From contig CP025011.1 of assembly GCA_002952755.1 (NCBI GenBank), positions 660,001 to 692,000 of the forward strand: a stretch of 32,000 bases of DNA, read 5' to 3'. Below are positions 8,146 to 17,474 of the stretch, piece by piece; position 1 is the first letter of the stretch, and each line of letters begins with the position of its first letter. The position numbers were made by a program, and so were the translations under genes. This stretch comes from Candidatus Saccharimonadota bacterium. Lineage in GTDB: Bacteria; Patescibacteriota; Saccharimonadia; Saccharimonadales; UBA4665. The notes beneath the pieces are model-generated. The model was given only the letters and a program-made list of their open reading frames with translations, had not been told where the DNA came from and made no database searches.

Positions 8146-8290
8146 TCGCTTAGACTCGTTTTTCTAACAGAATAACACTTACACGCATGTACTATAAGCA
8201 GTATAACAAAAGCGGGCGGCACGGCCAATTGGAGCGGTAATTATGGATCGGATATGGGATAATATAAAAGGCTAACAGGAGTGCACGCAC

Positions 8291-8875
8291 ATGTCTATGA
8301 TTGGAGAGCGCCAAGGCCCTCGCCCACGACGGGCTTTTGCCGATTCGGCGATCCGGACGGCTATTGTTTCAGGCTCATTGTCTGACTATAGAGCGGCATA
8401 CTATGCGGTGGAGCGCGTCGGCAATTCACCGCAAGATAGGGATGCTAATTTTCATCATCGTCTGGCCTGTCTGGCCCTTCGTGACGAGAGCACGAGGATA
8501 ATCGTTACCGCCGCCAAGCAAACCTTGGATCCAGTTGGGACACCAGCTGTGTATGACGATTATTTTAGAGATTGGGTGCAGCTACGAGTAAGTCCAGACT
8601 ACGTACCCGGACATAGCGGCGCATTTATTGAAGGTTCCTTTACATATGATGATAGCGAGCGTCGCTATGCCAATTTCAGCATCAGTTCCTATGATGATAG
8701 TGAGCGTGGCAATGGAAGCTATCGCATCCCCTTATTGGGAGATGCTGTAGACGTCTGTGCTGTACGGCTTATTCCAGATGATGTCAGGTTCCCGATGGCC
8801 CACCTCGCCTTGCGCATCGACTCATCTGCAATCCCTCATGTCAATCCTTTATGGCAGCATCCTGGCTATAGTTGA
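8291..8875 (+). CDS. hypothetical protein
   Basis: 194-aa ORF with an AGGAG SD 10 nt upstream and an internal YDDSER duplication. No family was recognised. Confidence 0.55.
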   Translation: MSMIGERQGPRPRRAFADSAIRTAIVSGSLSDYRAAYYAVERVGNSPQDRDANFHHRLACLALRDESTRIIVTAAKQTLDPVGTPAVYDDYFRDWVQLRVSPDYVPGHSGAFIEGSFTYDDSERRYANFSISSYDDSERGNGSYRIPLLGDAVDVCAVRLIPDDVRFPMAHLALRIDSSAIPHVNPLWQHPGYS

Positions 8876-8962
8876 CCAACAAAGGGCTTGCCAATCCGAT
8901 ATGTCTATGCCATAATATAAGTAAAGAAATGGCAAGCGCATGTAAGGTAGGGCGCTCTTTTT

Positions 8963-10792
8963 ATGAATAACACCCAAGACCCAGCCAAGATTCGTAATAT
9001 CGCGATCATCGCCCACGTGGACCACGGCAAGACAACTCTCGTGGACGGTTTACTTAAACAGAGCAAAACCTTCCGCGACAACCAGGCCGAAATGAGCCAG
9101 ACGCTCATCATGGACAGCGGCGACCAGGAACGCGAGCGTGGTATCACCATCACCGCCAAGGTAACCGCCGTCCAGCACGATGAGTATCGCATTAACATTA
9201 TCGACACCCCAGGTCACGCCGATTTTTCCGGTGAGGTAGAGCGCACGCTCAATATGGCCGACGGGTGTCTCTTGATCGTCGACGCCCAAGAAGGCCCCAT
9301 GCCACAAACCAAGTTTGTACTGACCAAGGCCCTCGCCAATGGTCTCAAGCCGATCGTTATTATCAACAAGATCGACAAGGATGGCCGCCGCATCGCTGAA
9401 GTGGAGGATGAGCTGGCTGATCTGTTCTTAGAGCTGGCAGTGCACGAAGATCAGCTGCATTATCCGGTGTATTACGCCATTGGCCGGGAAGGTAAGGCTT
9501 GGGCGGCAGTTCCTGCTGATCCAACCGCCGACGCCAATCTGGATGTTATTTTTGACGCCATCATCAATCAGATTCCTGCCCCAAAGGTGGAGCAAGACAA
9601 GCCTTTCCAGATGCTGGTGACCGCGCTAGCCTGGGACAGTTTTAAGGGAAAATACGCCATTGGCCGCATTACCCGTGGCAGCATCAAGCCGGGCGAGCAA
9701 GTTGCCTTATGTAAGGCGGACGGTTCGATTATCAAGGCCAAAGTAGAGCTCGTCTTTATGAGCCATGGTGTGAGCCGCTTTGAAGTACCAGGTGGCATCG
9801 CCGGCGATATCGTGCAGCTCACGGGCATTGCCGAAGCGCGTATTGGTGAAACGATTGCCGACGCCGCCAATCCCGAGGCACTGCCGGTTATGGAAGTTGA
9901 AGCTCCTACGCTGCGTATTTACCTTGGCCCTAACACTTCCCCTTTTAAAGGCCAGGAAGGTGAGTTTAACACTTCTCGCCAGATTGGCGATCGTCTCGCA
10001 AAGGAGCTTGAAACCAATGTTGGCCTGCGTGTCGAAGACAATGGTATTGGCTTTACCGTAGCAGGTCGCGGCGAGCTACATTTAAGCGTCCTAATCGAAA
10101 CCATGCGCCGTGAAGGCTACGAATTTGAAGTTGGCCGCCCGCAAGTCGTTACCCACGAGGAACATGGCCAAATCATGGAGCCAATTGAAGAGCTAATCAT
10201 TGAAGTCCCTGCCGAGCACGTTGGCACCGTACAGATGGAACTCGGCAAGCGCCGTGCCACACTTAAGGAGCAGTTTGCTAGTCCGAAAGGTGTTACTAAA
10301 TTAGTGTACGAGTTGCCTACCCGGGCTCTGCTGGGCTTGCGTAATATTTTGATGACCAACACCAAAGGCACGCTGGTTATGAATTCGCTGATGACTGGCT
10401 ATCAGCCACTTGGTGCACCATTGCAGCAGCTTCGCAATGGCGTACTCATTTCCTTCGAAACGGGTACTACTACTGCCTATTCCCTGCAAAACGCCGAGGC
10501 GCGTGGGACCACCTTTGTCGGTCCGGCCGAGAAGGTCTACGCCGGCCAGATTATTGGCCTTAATACCCGCCAAGAAGATATGGAAATTAATATCTGCAAG
10601 GCCAAGCACCTAACCAATATGCGTTCATCAAGTAGTGATGGTGTTGTGCAGCTCACCCCGCCGGTTATTTTTAGTCTGGAAGAATGCCTGGACTTTATCG
10701 AGAACGACGAGCTGTTGGAAGTAACTCCCCAAAACTTGCGTTTGCGCAAGCGGGAACTCGACCCCAACAAGCGCAAGCGCCTCGGCAAATAG
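8963..10792 (+). CDS. typA: translational GTPase TypA/BipA
   Basis: 609 aa. IRNIAIIAHVDHGKTTLVD, DTPGHADF and NKIDK are the GTPase motifs. The full length matches BipA architecture. Confidence 0.95.
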   Translation: MNNTQDPAKIRNIAIIAHVDHGKTTLVDGLLKQSKTFRDNQAEMSQTLIMDSGDQERERGITITAKVTAVQHDEYRINIIDTPGHADFSGEVERTLNMADGCLLIVDAQEGPMPQTKFVLTKALANGLKPIVIINKIDKDGRRIAEVEDELADLFLELAVHEDQLHYPVYYAIGREGKAWAAVPADPTADANLDVIFDAIINQIPAPKVEQDKPFQMLVTALAWDSFKGKYAIGRITRGSIKPGEQVALCKADGSIIKAKVELVFMSHGVSRFEVPGGIAGDIVQLTGIAEARIGETIADAANPEALPVMEVEAPTLRIYLGPNTSPFKGQEGEFNTSRQIGDRLAKELETNVGLRVEDNGIGFTVAGRGELHLSVLIETMRREGYEFEVGRPQVVTHEEHGQIMEPIEELIIEVPAEHVGTVQMELGKRRATLKEQFASPKGVTKLVYELPTRALLGLRNILMTNTKGTLVMNSLMTGYQPLGAPLQQLRNGVLISFETGTTTAYSLQNAEARGTTFVGPAEKVYAGQIIGLNTRQEDMEINICKAKHLTNMRSSSSDGVVQLTPPVIFSLEECLDFIENDELLEVTPQNLRLRKRELDPNKRKRLGK

Positions 10793-10854
10793 CCCTATCA
10801 CACCAGGGGTGATTACTCACTCTGTCATTGTATTGGTCTAGATTTCTTTATGGG

Positions 10855-10874
10855 TTCCGGCTCGGAGGCCGGAA
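10855..10874 (+). terminator. GC-rich hairpin 60 nt downstream of typA; member of a repeated hairpin family
   Basis: TTCCGGC-TCGGAG-GCCGGAA. Nearly the same ~34-nt string recurs at 25253-25286. No U tract follows. Confidence 0.45.
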
Positions 10875-10986
10875 TGGCAGAAAAGAGGATCGGAGAGGCA
10901 AGGGGAGGAGTATTTGATATACCATCCCAATGAAAGCGAAACTTTCGAATAGGTAAATTTGGAGATGGCGGCTAAAATAGGGGAAC

Positions 10987-11358
10987 ATGATTGATATATC
11001 CGACGAACAGTTTGCCGACTTGATCGACGAAGCATTTGACACCCTTCCTAAAGAACACCGTAAGGCAATCAAAAATGTGGCACTTATCTATGCCGATGAG
11101 CCCACTCCAAAACAGCGCGAGGAGCTGCGCTTACAATGCAACCAGACGCTATTTGGCTTGTATGAAGGCGTACCGCTAACCAGGCGTGGCGGCCACACCA
11201 ACTTCGCCCCCGACAAGATCACTCTCTTTAAAAATCCCATGCTATCGTCTGTAAGCACAGTGTCCGAGCTGCGCGAGCAAGTCCGTCATACGTTGTGGCA
11301 CGAAGTGGCGCACTATTTTGGTTTGGACCACGACCAAATTCATAAGCTCGAGTCTTAG
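10987..11358 (+). CDS. metallopeptidase family protein (Zincin_1/DUF1025-like)
   Basis: 123 aa. LFGLYEGVPLTRR and the HExxH motif in TLWHEVAHYFGLDHDQIHKLE are typical of this small zincin family. Confidence 0.8.
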   Translation: MIDISDEQFADLIDEAFDTLPKEHRKAIKNVALIYADEPTPKQREELRLQCNQTLFGLYEGVPLTRRGGHTNFAPDKITLFKNPMLSSVSTVSELREQVRHTLWHEVAHYFGLDHDQIHKLES

Positions 11359-11431
11359 GCAGTAGTCAGCTCGCCTTGAGTACATAGTGGCCGAGGCGTA
11401 CACTGCATAGAGATATGGAGGGATAGTACCT

Positions 11432-11995
11432 ATGGAAAATGATATTACGATCGCGGTGATTTGCGGCACTGCGCGCGAGGGGCGTGAATCGATTAAAGCA
11501 GCCCGGTGGGTTGCCGAATTTGGCCGCAAGCAAGCTGGCGTAGACATTATGTTCATCGATCCGAAAGAAGTACACTTGCCACCAGATGGTGCGCCAGAGG
11601 ACGGTCGCGACCCAAACTATAGCAATGCGACCGAAAAAGCGGATGCTTTTTATATTGTTACTCCGGAATATAACCACAGTTATCCAAGCTCTCTAAAACG
11701 ATTGCTGGACAGTGAATACGACAACTACAATCACAAAGCAGTTGCCATTGCCGGAGTGAGTAGCGGCCAATGGGGCGGTGTTCGCGCCTGCGAGGCACTA
11801 CTACCGGTTTGCCATAGGCTAGGGCTCGTAAATATCAGGCCGGAGTTGTACTTTCCTAAGGTACAGACACTCTTCGACGAGCAAGGAGAACTCAAACCAG
11901 AGTTTACCGACGGCTACACGGCTGCCGCGCAAAAAGCCTTTGACGAATTAGTCTGGATGGCTAAAGCCCTCAAAGCTGGCCGTCATTCGAGCTAA
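11432..11995 (+). CDS. NAD(P)H-dependent FMN reductase family oxidoreductase
   Basis: 187 aa. The N-terminus ITIAVICGTAREGRES and TPEYNHSYPSSLKRLLD fit the FMN_red family. A GGAGG SD lies upstream. Confidence 0.8.
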   Translation: MENDITIAVICGTAREGRESIKAARWVAEFGRKQAGVDIMFIDPKEVHLPPDGAPEDGRDPNYSNATEKADAFYIVTPEYNHSYPSSLKRLLDSEYDNYNHKAVAIAGVSSGQWGGVRACEALLPVCHRLGLVNIRPELYFPKVQTLFDEQGELKPEFTDGYTAAAQKAFDELVWMAKALKAGRHSS

Positions 11996-12154
11996 TATCC
12001 TCTTACTGGCACGCCCAACTCGATTCGGTATCCATAACCGGGTGACGCACGGACTAAGAGGCGCCACTTCTGGACAGCCCCTGGGCAAGGGGAAGACAAG
12101 TATGGACAGCCCGCTTCTCTAAGCATAAGTGAATTTGTGCTACACTGAAGCGAT

Positions 12155-12652
12155 ATGTCGGGATACAGAGGTCACATTGCCGGAGCGGTCGTGCTCAATA
12201 CTGCCTATGTTGCCGCCGTTCGGATGGCACCCGGGCACCTGTTGGAGCGGTGGGATATTTCGCTGCAGGATTGGCAGCTTTTGATCGGTCTGTTTGTCAT
12301 TGCTATATTATTTGGCTTATTCCCTGACGTCGACACCAACTCTATGGGCCAAAATATCTTTTATGGCCTGGCTTTTGCTGCCGAGTGCGTTCTGGTTATA
12401 ACGGGAAAATTCGAGCCCGCAGCGTACTTGGGTTTGTTGGCTATGACCCCCGTTGTAGGCAAGCATCGCGGTTGGACGCATAGCAAGCTAGCAATGATCC
12501 TTGTGCCCGCCCCGATCGTTGTAGTGCCTTATCTGCATAATCATCATGTGTGGACACTAAGCCTGGTGCTGTATGGCGCTGCGGTTGCAGGCTATTTTAG
12601 CCATTTGCTCCTCGATGGCCTTATTGTGTCGTTCATCCGCTTCAAGGGGTGA
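12155..12652 (+). CDS. membrane-bound metal-dependent hydrolase, YdjM/DUF457 family
   Basis: 165 aa, multi-pass membrane protein. HRGWTHS and the C-terminal SHLLLDG are family hallmarks. Confidence 0.7.
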   Translation: MSGYRGHIAGAVVLNTAYVAAVRMAPGHLLERWDISLQDWQLLIGLFVIAILFGLFPDVDTNSMGQNIFYGLAFAAECVLVITGKFEPAAYLGLLAMTPVVGKHRGWTHSKLAMILVPAPIVVVPYLHNHHVWTLSLVLYGAAVAGYFSHLLLDGLIVSFIRFKG

Positions 12653-12779
12653 TCGCTTGAAAGTCACTAGCATATGGTTGCTAGCTGATATATTCATGAG
12701 CGCTGAAATATATAATATCTACTTATGGTGTTCATTTTTAATCTTGACGCTGCGATGATAATGCCCAGGAGCTGCAACT

Positions 12780-12808
12780 TTGCATATATTATCATGTAGT
12801 GTTATAGT
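12780..12808 (+). promoter_or_regulatory. sigma70-like promoter for the 12835-14104 gene pair
   Basis: TTGCAT (12780-12785), a 17-nt spacer, then TATAGT (12803-12808). An AAGGAG SD follows at 12822-12827, 7 nt before the ATG at 12835. Confidence 0.55.
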
Positions 12809-12834
12809 TGTAGTTAATTTTAAGGAGTTACCGA

Positions 12835-13272
12835 ATGCGCCCAACAGAGCAGGGAGGGGTTTTACTAGAAGGTGAGGATATGTCATTTGCAGTTAATACG
12901 TTATCCGCTGCAATGCTGAACGTTGGTGCGCGGGTAAGTACTAGGGTAGGGCACGAAATTTTTAAAGACTTAGCGATTAAGATTGGCGATTCTATGAGGG
13001 GTGGAGTGCAAACGCTTGATCTCAACGGCGACGAAACTGGCTCATTGCGCGATGCTTGTAAAGTTGCCGAAGCCGATACCCACTTTTCACTAGGTGTGTT
13101 GACGTGCTTCCAAAGTATGACCGACCTGCCCAAGACTTTGGCTATTGAAGCTGCAAGAGGGTCTACAAATCCGTTGCTCCAAAGTGCAGCCCTGATTGCT
13201 GAGATTGGCCCTGCCTCCATGCACCTATCAGGACTGCTTGAGCTATATGGTGGGCAAGAGCCAACCATATAG
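12835..13272 (+). CDS. hypothetical protein
   Basis: 145-aa ORF with a strong SD and its own promoter. No family was recognised. A mirror ORF on the minus strand (12828..13268) is judged spurious. Confidence 0.55.
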   Translation: MRPTEQGGVLLEGEDMSFAVNTLSAAMLNVGARVSTRVGHEIFKDLAIKIGDSMRGGVQTLDLNGDETGSLRDACKVAEADTHFSLGVLTCFQSMTDLPKTLAIEAARGSTNPLLQSAALIAEIGPASMHLSGLLELYGGQEPTI

Positions 13273-13345
13273 ATATATTTCTAATTTCAGGATTCGTATA
13301 TCATAAGCTTGATATTTCTTATGCATCAGTAGATAGTGCAACTAA

Positions 13346-14104
13346 GTGCTGAATATAGAATCGATCCCAAGACTGCCTGAGAGTCTGAGTGTTAGATACC
13401 CCTTGTTAAGCGGGCCAACAAATGCTGTCGTAGCACTAAGCCGTGAATACCGAGACCAGATTAGTACGGACCAATTAAGTGGGATGGGTCTCGCGTTAGA
13501 GGTCGACGAAGTTGCCTTGGCTGATGCGCTCGCCGCGGGTGGAATGAGTCCTGAAGCGCAGCTCCAATGCCCAACCATTATTATGCCTGGCCCAGAGAGT
13601 GCTCAGCATGTAGGCGGCCAGTTTGTCCCGCAGAGCGAATATAACGACGGTGCACCTGCCATACATCTTTTTACTTCAACGGCACGCCCGCAAGTGTTAG
13701 ACACTGTAGCGGCTCACGAAGCGGTACATGCGTCCGCCTTTATTAATGAGGATGAATATATGAGTGCAAAGGCCGTCGGGGTGCGTAAGATGGTAGCTTC
13801 TGGTGTAGCCTTACTCGCTATGGGGGCGATCGATTTTGCCATGCGCCAGAAAGGGGCAGATCTCACCCAGGAGATTACTACAACGGTGTTTGCAGGACCT
13901 CCTTTTCTTAATTTCTGTCTGTATCGCGAATATGTGCAGCGCCCTGATGAGCGACTGGCGTTTGCGGCGGAAGACCATATGACCGGTAAGGCAGTATTTG
14001 AGATCCCTGCTGGAGATGGGCACTTGCCCGATGGGCAGCCATCTTTTTGGGAGAGCGTCAAGAAAGCGCTCAAATGGTATTTCATGCCGGATTATATGCA
14101 TTAA
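13346..14104 (+). CDS. hypothetical protein with an HExxH motif and a hydrophobic segment (putative membrane-associated zinc metallopeptidase)
   Basis: 252-aa ORF. VAAHEAVHASAF is followed by a predicted TM stretch, MVASGVALLAMGAIDFAM. The start is uncertain: GTG at 13346 has no clear SD. Confidence 0.5.
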   Translation: MLNIESIPRLPESLSVRYPLLSGPTNAVVALSREYRDQISTDQLSGMGLALEVDEVALADALAAGGMSPEAQLQCPTIIMPGPESAQHVGGQFVPQSEYNDGAPAIHLFTSTARPQVLDTVAAHEAVHASAFINEDEYMSAKAVGVRKMVASGVALLAMGAIDFAMRQKGADLTQEITTTVFAGPPFLNFCLYREYVQRPDERLAFAAEDHMTGKAVFEIPAGDGHLPDGQPSFWESVKKALKWYFMPDYMH

Positions 14105-14164
14105 CTAGCTGTTTGAACTTACATAAAATATATTCAGCTGAATTCGTCAGCTATACTATAGGAA

Positions 14165-15217
14165 ATGTCTATGTTTGATGCACAGTCGCCAGTTCGTATT
14201 TTTGCCGTTTCGGCGTTGATTACTGTCACCGCGTTAGTCGGCGTTGGTATGGGCAAGGGGGTAGGCGCCTCATGGGTTGCGCTTATTCTGATTGCGATCG
14301 AAATAGCGTTCAGCTTTGATAATGCCATTTTAAACGCCCGGATACTGAGTCGCTTATCGCGGTTTTGGCAGAATATTTTTTTGACGGTTGGCGCCCTTGT
14401 TGCCGTATTTGGTATGCGCATTGTGTTTCCGATTTTGATCGTTGCACTCACCGCCCACACGGGCTGGCACCAGGTACTTGATTTGGCCCTGCACCATCCC
14501 GACGCCTATGCTACCAAGCTAGAAGAAGCTCACCCAGCTATTGCTTCATTTGGCGGGGCATTTCTGCTCGTGTTGGCATTGGACTTTTTCACCGATAATA
14601 CACGCCAGGTACTATGGCTGACTCGGTTAGAGCGCAAGCTGAGCCGTTTAGCGTGGAATTGGGCACCACCGCTTATTACACTTGGCGCCACGTTTGTTGT
14701 CGCCTGGCTGCCTTTTAACCATTATCAGCGCACAACCATGATTTCGGGTATGGCTGGGGTCGCTATTTACAGTCTTATGCATGGGATTACTGAGTTTATG
14801 GGCAAACTTGAAGGGCGGCGAACGAAAACGCACGCCAGGGCGCAAACCGGCCTGTTGGCGTTTATTAGCTTTTTATATCTGGAAGTGCTAGATGCGAGCT
14901 TTTCATTCGACGGCGTGATAGGCGCCTTTGTTGTTACCCAAGATATTATTTTAATTGCGGTAGGTCTTGGCGTGGGGGCGCTGTGGGTCCGCTCGCTCAC
15001 TATCTTTATGGTACGCCGCGGCACATTAGCCCGGTATATGTATGTCGAGCACGGGGCGCACTATACCATTGGTATGCTTGCCATCTTATTATTTGTGAGT
15101 CTGTTTGTTGATGTGCCCGAAGTTATTACCGGGCTGGCGGGGATGAGTATTATCGCGGCGTCGGTCATTGCTTCGCAGCAGGCTATCCGAGCTGCTTACC
15201 CCGGAAGGTCGCGGTAG
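14165..15217 (+). CDS. DUF475 domain integral membrane protein (TerC-related)
   Basis: 350 aa, multi-pass. IEIAFSFDNAILNA...VFGMRIVFPILIV and a second LEVLDASFSFDGVIGAF repeat match DUF475. Confidence 0.75.
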   Translation: MSMFDAQSPVRIFAVSALITVTALVGVGMGKGVGASWVALILIAIEIAFSFDNAILNARILSRLSRFWQNIFLTVGALVAVFGMRIVFPILIVALTAHTGWHQVLDLALHHPDAYATKLEEAHPAIASFGGAFLLVLALDFFTDNTRQVLWLTRLERKLSRLAWNWAPPLITLGATFVVAWLPFNHYQRTTMISGMAGVAIYSLMHGITEFMGKLEGRRTKTHARAQTGLLAFISFLYLEVLDASFSFDGVIGAFVVTQDIILIAVGLGVGALWVRSLTIFMVRRGTLARYMYVEHGAHYTIGMLAILLFVSLFVDVPEVITGLAGMSIIAASVIASQQAIRAAYPGRSR

Positions 15218-15219
15218 GT

Positions 15220-15681
15220 ATGCATTCCTTTTACGAGTATGATCCATGTAGTATCGGCACTAAGGGATTGGTTTTTATTGGCGATCAGATTGTAGTGTGC
15301 CGCCGGGATACAAACACCAAGAATCATCCTCTCGAACTTGATCTGCCAGGCGGCGGTCCCGAGCCGGGAGAGACACCGTTCGAAACCTTTCAGCGAGAAG
15401 TTTGGGAAGAGCTTAGGTTGAAAATTACCCGTGAGCACATACAGTCTGTTCGCACATATCCTAGTGCCCGGCGGCTAGGCTGGGCCTCTTACTTTGCCTC
15501 AGCACTATTGCCGAAGGAAATGGGAGCACATATTCAGTTGGGCGACGAAGGAGTCGAGTTTTTACTCCTCTCACCCGACGAGTTTGCGAGGCGCACCGAC
15601 GCCTGGCCGATTATGCAGGAGCGTACGGTGGATTATTTGACTATGCCGCCAGCCCGGCTGGAGGATCAGAACGTTGTTTGA
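15220..15681 (+). CDS. NUDIX hydrolase
   Basis: 153 aa with the Nudix box GGGPEPGETPFETFQREVWEELRL. Confidence 0.8.
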   Translation: MHSFYEYDPCSIGTKGLVFIGDQIVVCRRDTNTKNHPLELDLPGGGPEPGETPFETFQREVWEELRLKITREHIQSVRTYPSARRLGWASYFASALLPKEMGAHIQLGDEGVEFLLLSPDEFARRTDAWPIMQERTVDYLTMPPARLEDQNVV

Positions 15682-15713
15682 GCCCAAGCGGCGAGTGCTA
15701 TACTGAAATCTAT

Positions 15714-16421
15714 ATGAAAAACGAGAAAACCAAAAAGCAGACGATAAAAAAGACTGCCGCTAAAGCCGAATCAGAGCCACAAAAGGTTCCTGAGACGGCA
15801 TTCAAGCCAGTTCCGGAACGCCAGCGTTGGTGGGTTGCAGGTTTAATTGGCAGCTTAGGCGTTTTTGTTGCTAGCGCCGCAATTGCAGTACATCATACTA
15901 TTGTCGGACTCGAACTGCATATCTTTCGACGCATCAACGATTGGCCTACTAGTCTCCATGCTCTTTTTACCGTATGTACCATTGCGCCGGAGAGTTTATG
16001 GATCGCAGTAGCGGTCGTCGCGGTAACTTTTTTGCTCAAGCTATACCAGCTGACATGGCAACTGGCGGCAGCTGGCTTTGGTGGCTATGCCTGTACGTTT
16101 CTAGCAAAGCACTTTGTGGCCAGGCCCAGGCCGGGCGTGCTGCTAGCCGATGTACATGTGCGCGCACATGAATCAGACATGGGTTTCCCTTCGGGTCATA
16201 CGATGACTGTTACGATTGTGGCACTCATCCTATTCCCGTACCTGCCGAAGGGTTGGCGCTGGGCTGTGGTGGTACTCATCCCGGTCGTAAGTTTGAGCCG
16301 TATCTATTTGGGAGTGCATGCACCACTGGATGTGGTGGGCGGTTTTGCTGCGGGCGTATTCGTTATAGCCGCTATGCGTCTTTTGCCAGACCGGCTGAAA
16401 GAATTGTTGCGTTTCGAGTGA
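15714..16421 (+). CDS. PAP2-family phosphatase (undecaprenyl-diphosphatase / phosphatidic acid phosphatase type)
   Basis: The three PAP2 motifs are KHFVARPRP, PSGH and SRIYLGVHAPLDV, in a multi-pass membrane protein. The ATG at 15714 is preferred to the TTG at 15678. Confidence 0.8.
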   Translation: MKNEKTKKQTIKKTAAKAESEPQKVPETAFKPVPERQRWWVAGLIGSLGVFVASAAIAVHHTIVGLELHIFRRINDWPTSLHALFTVCTIAPESLWIAVAVVAVTFLLKLYQLTWQLAAAGFGGYACTFLAKHFVARPRPGVLLADVHVRAHESDMGFPSGHTMTVTIVALILFPYLPKGWRWAVVVLIPVVSLSRIYLGVHAPLDVVGGFAAGVFVIAAMRLLPDRLKELLRFE

Positions 16422-16444
16422 TTGTATCCAATACATATCCAAAA

Positions 16445-16468
16445 AGACCCGGGGTATCCCGAGTCTTT
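16445..16468 (+). terminator. hairpin with a short T run downstream of the PAP2 gene
   Basis: AGACCCGGG (16445-16453) pairs with CCCGAGTCT (16458-16466) with one mismatch. It is flanked by AAAAA on the 5' side and TTT on the 3' side. Confidence 0.45.
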
Positions 16469-16595
16469 AAGGAAGCCTCACACTTCCATACCACTAGTAT
16501 ACCGCGCTAAACGTAAAGCGCAAGCATTTTATTGACACTTGCCAGAGGCGGCTCTGATGTTGTAGATTTGTATTGATAGTAGGGAGGAGTTATTC

Positions 16596-17405
16596 ATGGA
16601 TAACGATGGGAGTGGACCGTTAGAAGGCATGGATTTCACGCCTCCACCGGCCCATACACAACATAATGGGCGCGACCGCGCCGGCAAGAAGCGCTGGTTA
16701 GTGATCGGTTTGATTACCCTAGTGGTGATTACTGTAGCTGTGGGCGTCGCGCTGCTATTGACTCACAAAAAGAAACCGGCCGATAAGACACAAGACGCTG
16801 CACAACAAACGACAGCCAGCTCAAGCTCGGCGTCCAGTGCTAACTCGACTTCCGCTTCTGGCTCGAATACTGCGGGCGGTACCTATAAAAGCACCACACT
16901 CAACCTCAGTTTCACCTATCCAGCGGGGTGGACAGCGAAAGAGTCGGCCGATAAGGCCGAGGTAATCGTAACCTCTCCATCCACAAGCTACACCAAAAAA
17001 GACGGCACTGCCGCCCAAGGAGTCTTCACGGTGAAGATGCGCCACGGTACGATTCCGGAAGGTATTCAGCAGACAACTACCAAGGCAGTCGCAACGGCCG
17101 CTTCACTTATTATCGCTTACGACAAACCTACGGCCAATCAACGCCAATATACGAATGTCAGCTACGGTGGTGCCGACGCCAGCACTTTCAACTTCTTCAT
17201 TGTGAGTGGCAACGCGGCGCTCAAAGCCGGCCAGGCTATGGGCTACAATGTCGATCTAACCGGATCCGATGCCTATATGTTTGCTGGTGGGTATGGAGCA
17301 GACGCTAACGACACACTCTCATTCGACCCGATTGCCACAACCTCCTACGATACGCCCACTTTCGAAGCTGCTATGGGTATCATCAAGTCGCTCCAGATTA
17401 ATTAA
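16596..17405 (+). CDS. membrane-anchored hypothetical protein with a Ser/Thr/Ala-rich linker
   Basis: 269 aa with a GGGAGGAG SD. It has one N-terminal TM helix (WLVIGLITLVVITVAVGVALLL), then a low-complexity linker (QQTTASSSSASSANSTSASGSNTAGG), then a globular domain. Confidence 0.6.
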   Translation: MDNDGSGPLEGMDFTPPPAHTQHNGRDRAGKKRWLVIGLITLVVITVAVGVALLLTHKKKPADKTQDAAQQTTASSSSASSANSTSASGSNTAGGTYKSTTLNLSFTYPAGWTAKESADKAEVIVTSPSTSYTKKDGTAAQGVFTVKMRHGTIPEGIQQTTTKAVATAASLIIAYDKPTANQRQYTNVSYGGADASTFNFFIVSGNAALKAGQAMGYNVDLTGSDAYMFAGGYGADANDTLSFDPIATTSYDTPTFEAAMGIIKSLQIN

Positions 17406-17474
17406 GGAAGTCCTTACGCAGCTTCGCCTAGGGTAGTGGTGTAGTGGCTCAAAAATATGCTACAGTAGACATCT

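Noticed and set aside
12828-13268. 146-aa ORF on the minus strand mirroring the 12835..13272 ORF.
   Set aside because: The plus-strand ORF has a strong AAGGAG SD and a consensus-like promoter, and the minus ORF has neither. Its Ser/Pro/Ala-rich product looks like a shadow frame.
14105-14164. A possible yybP-ykoY (Mn2+) riboswitch ahead of the TerC-related DUF475 gene.
   Set aside because: The intergenic region is only 60 nt and contains none of the conserved four-way-junction motifs.
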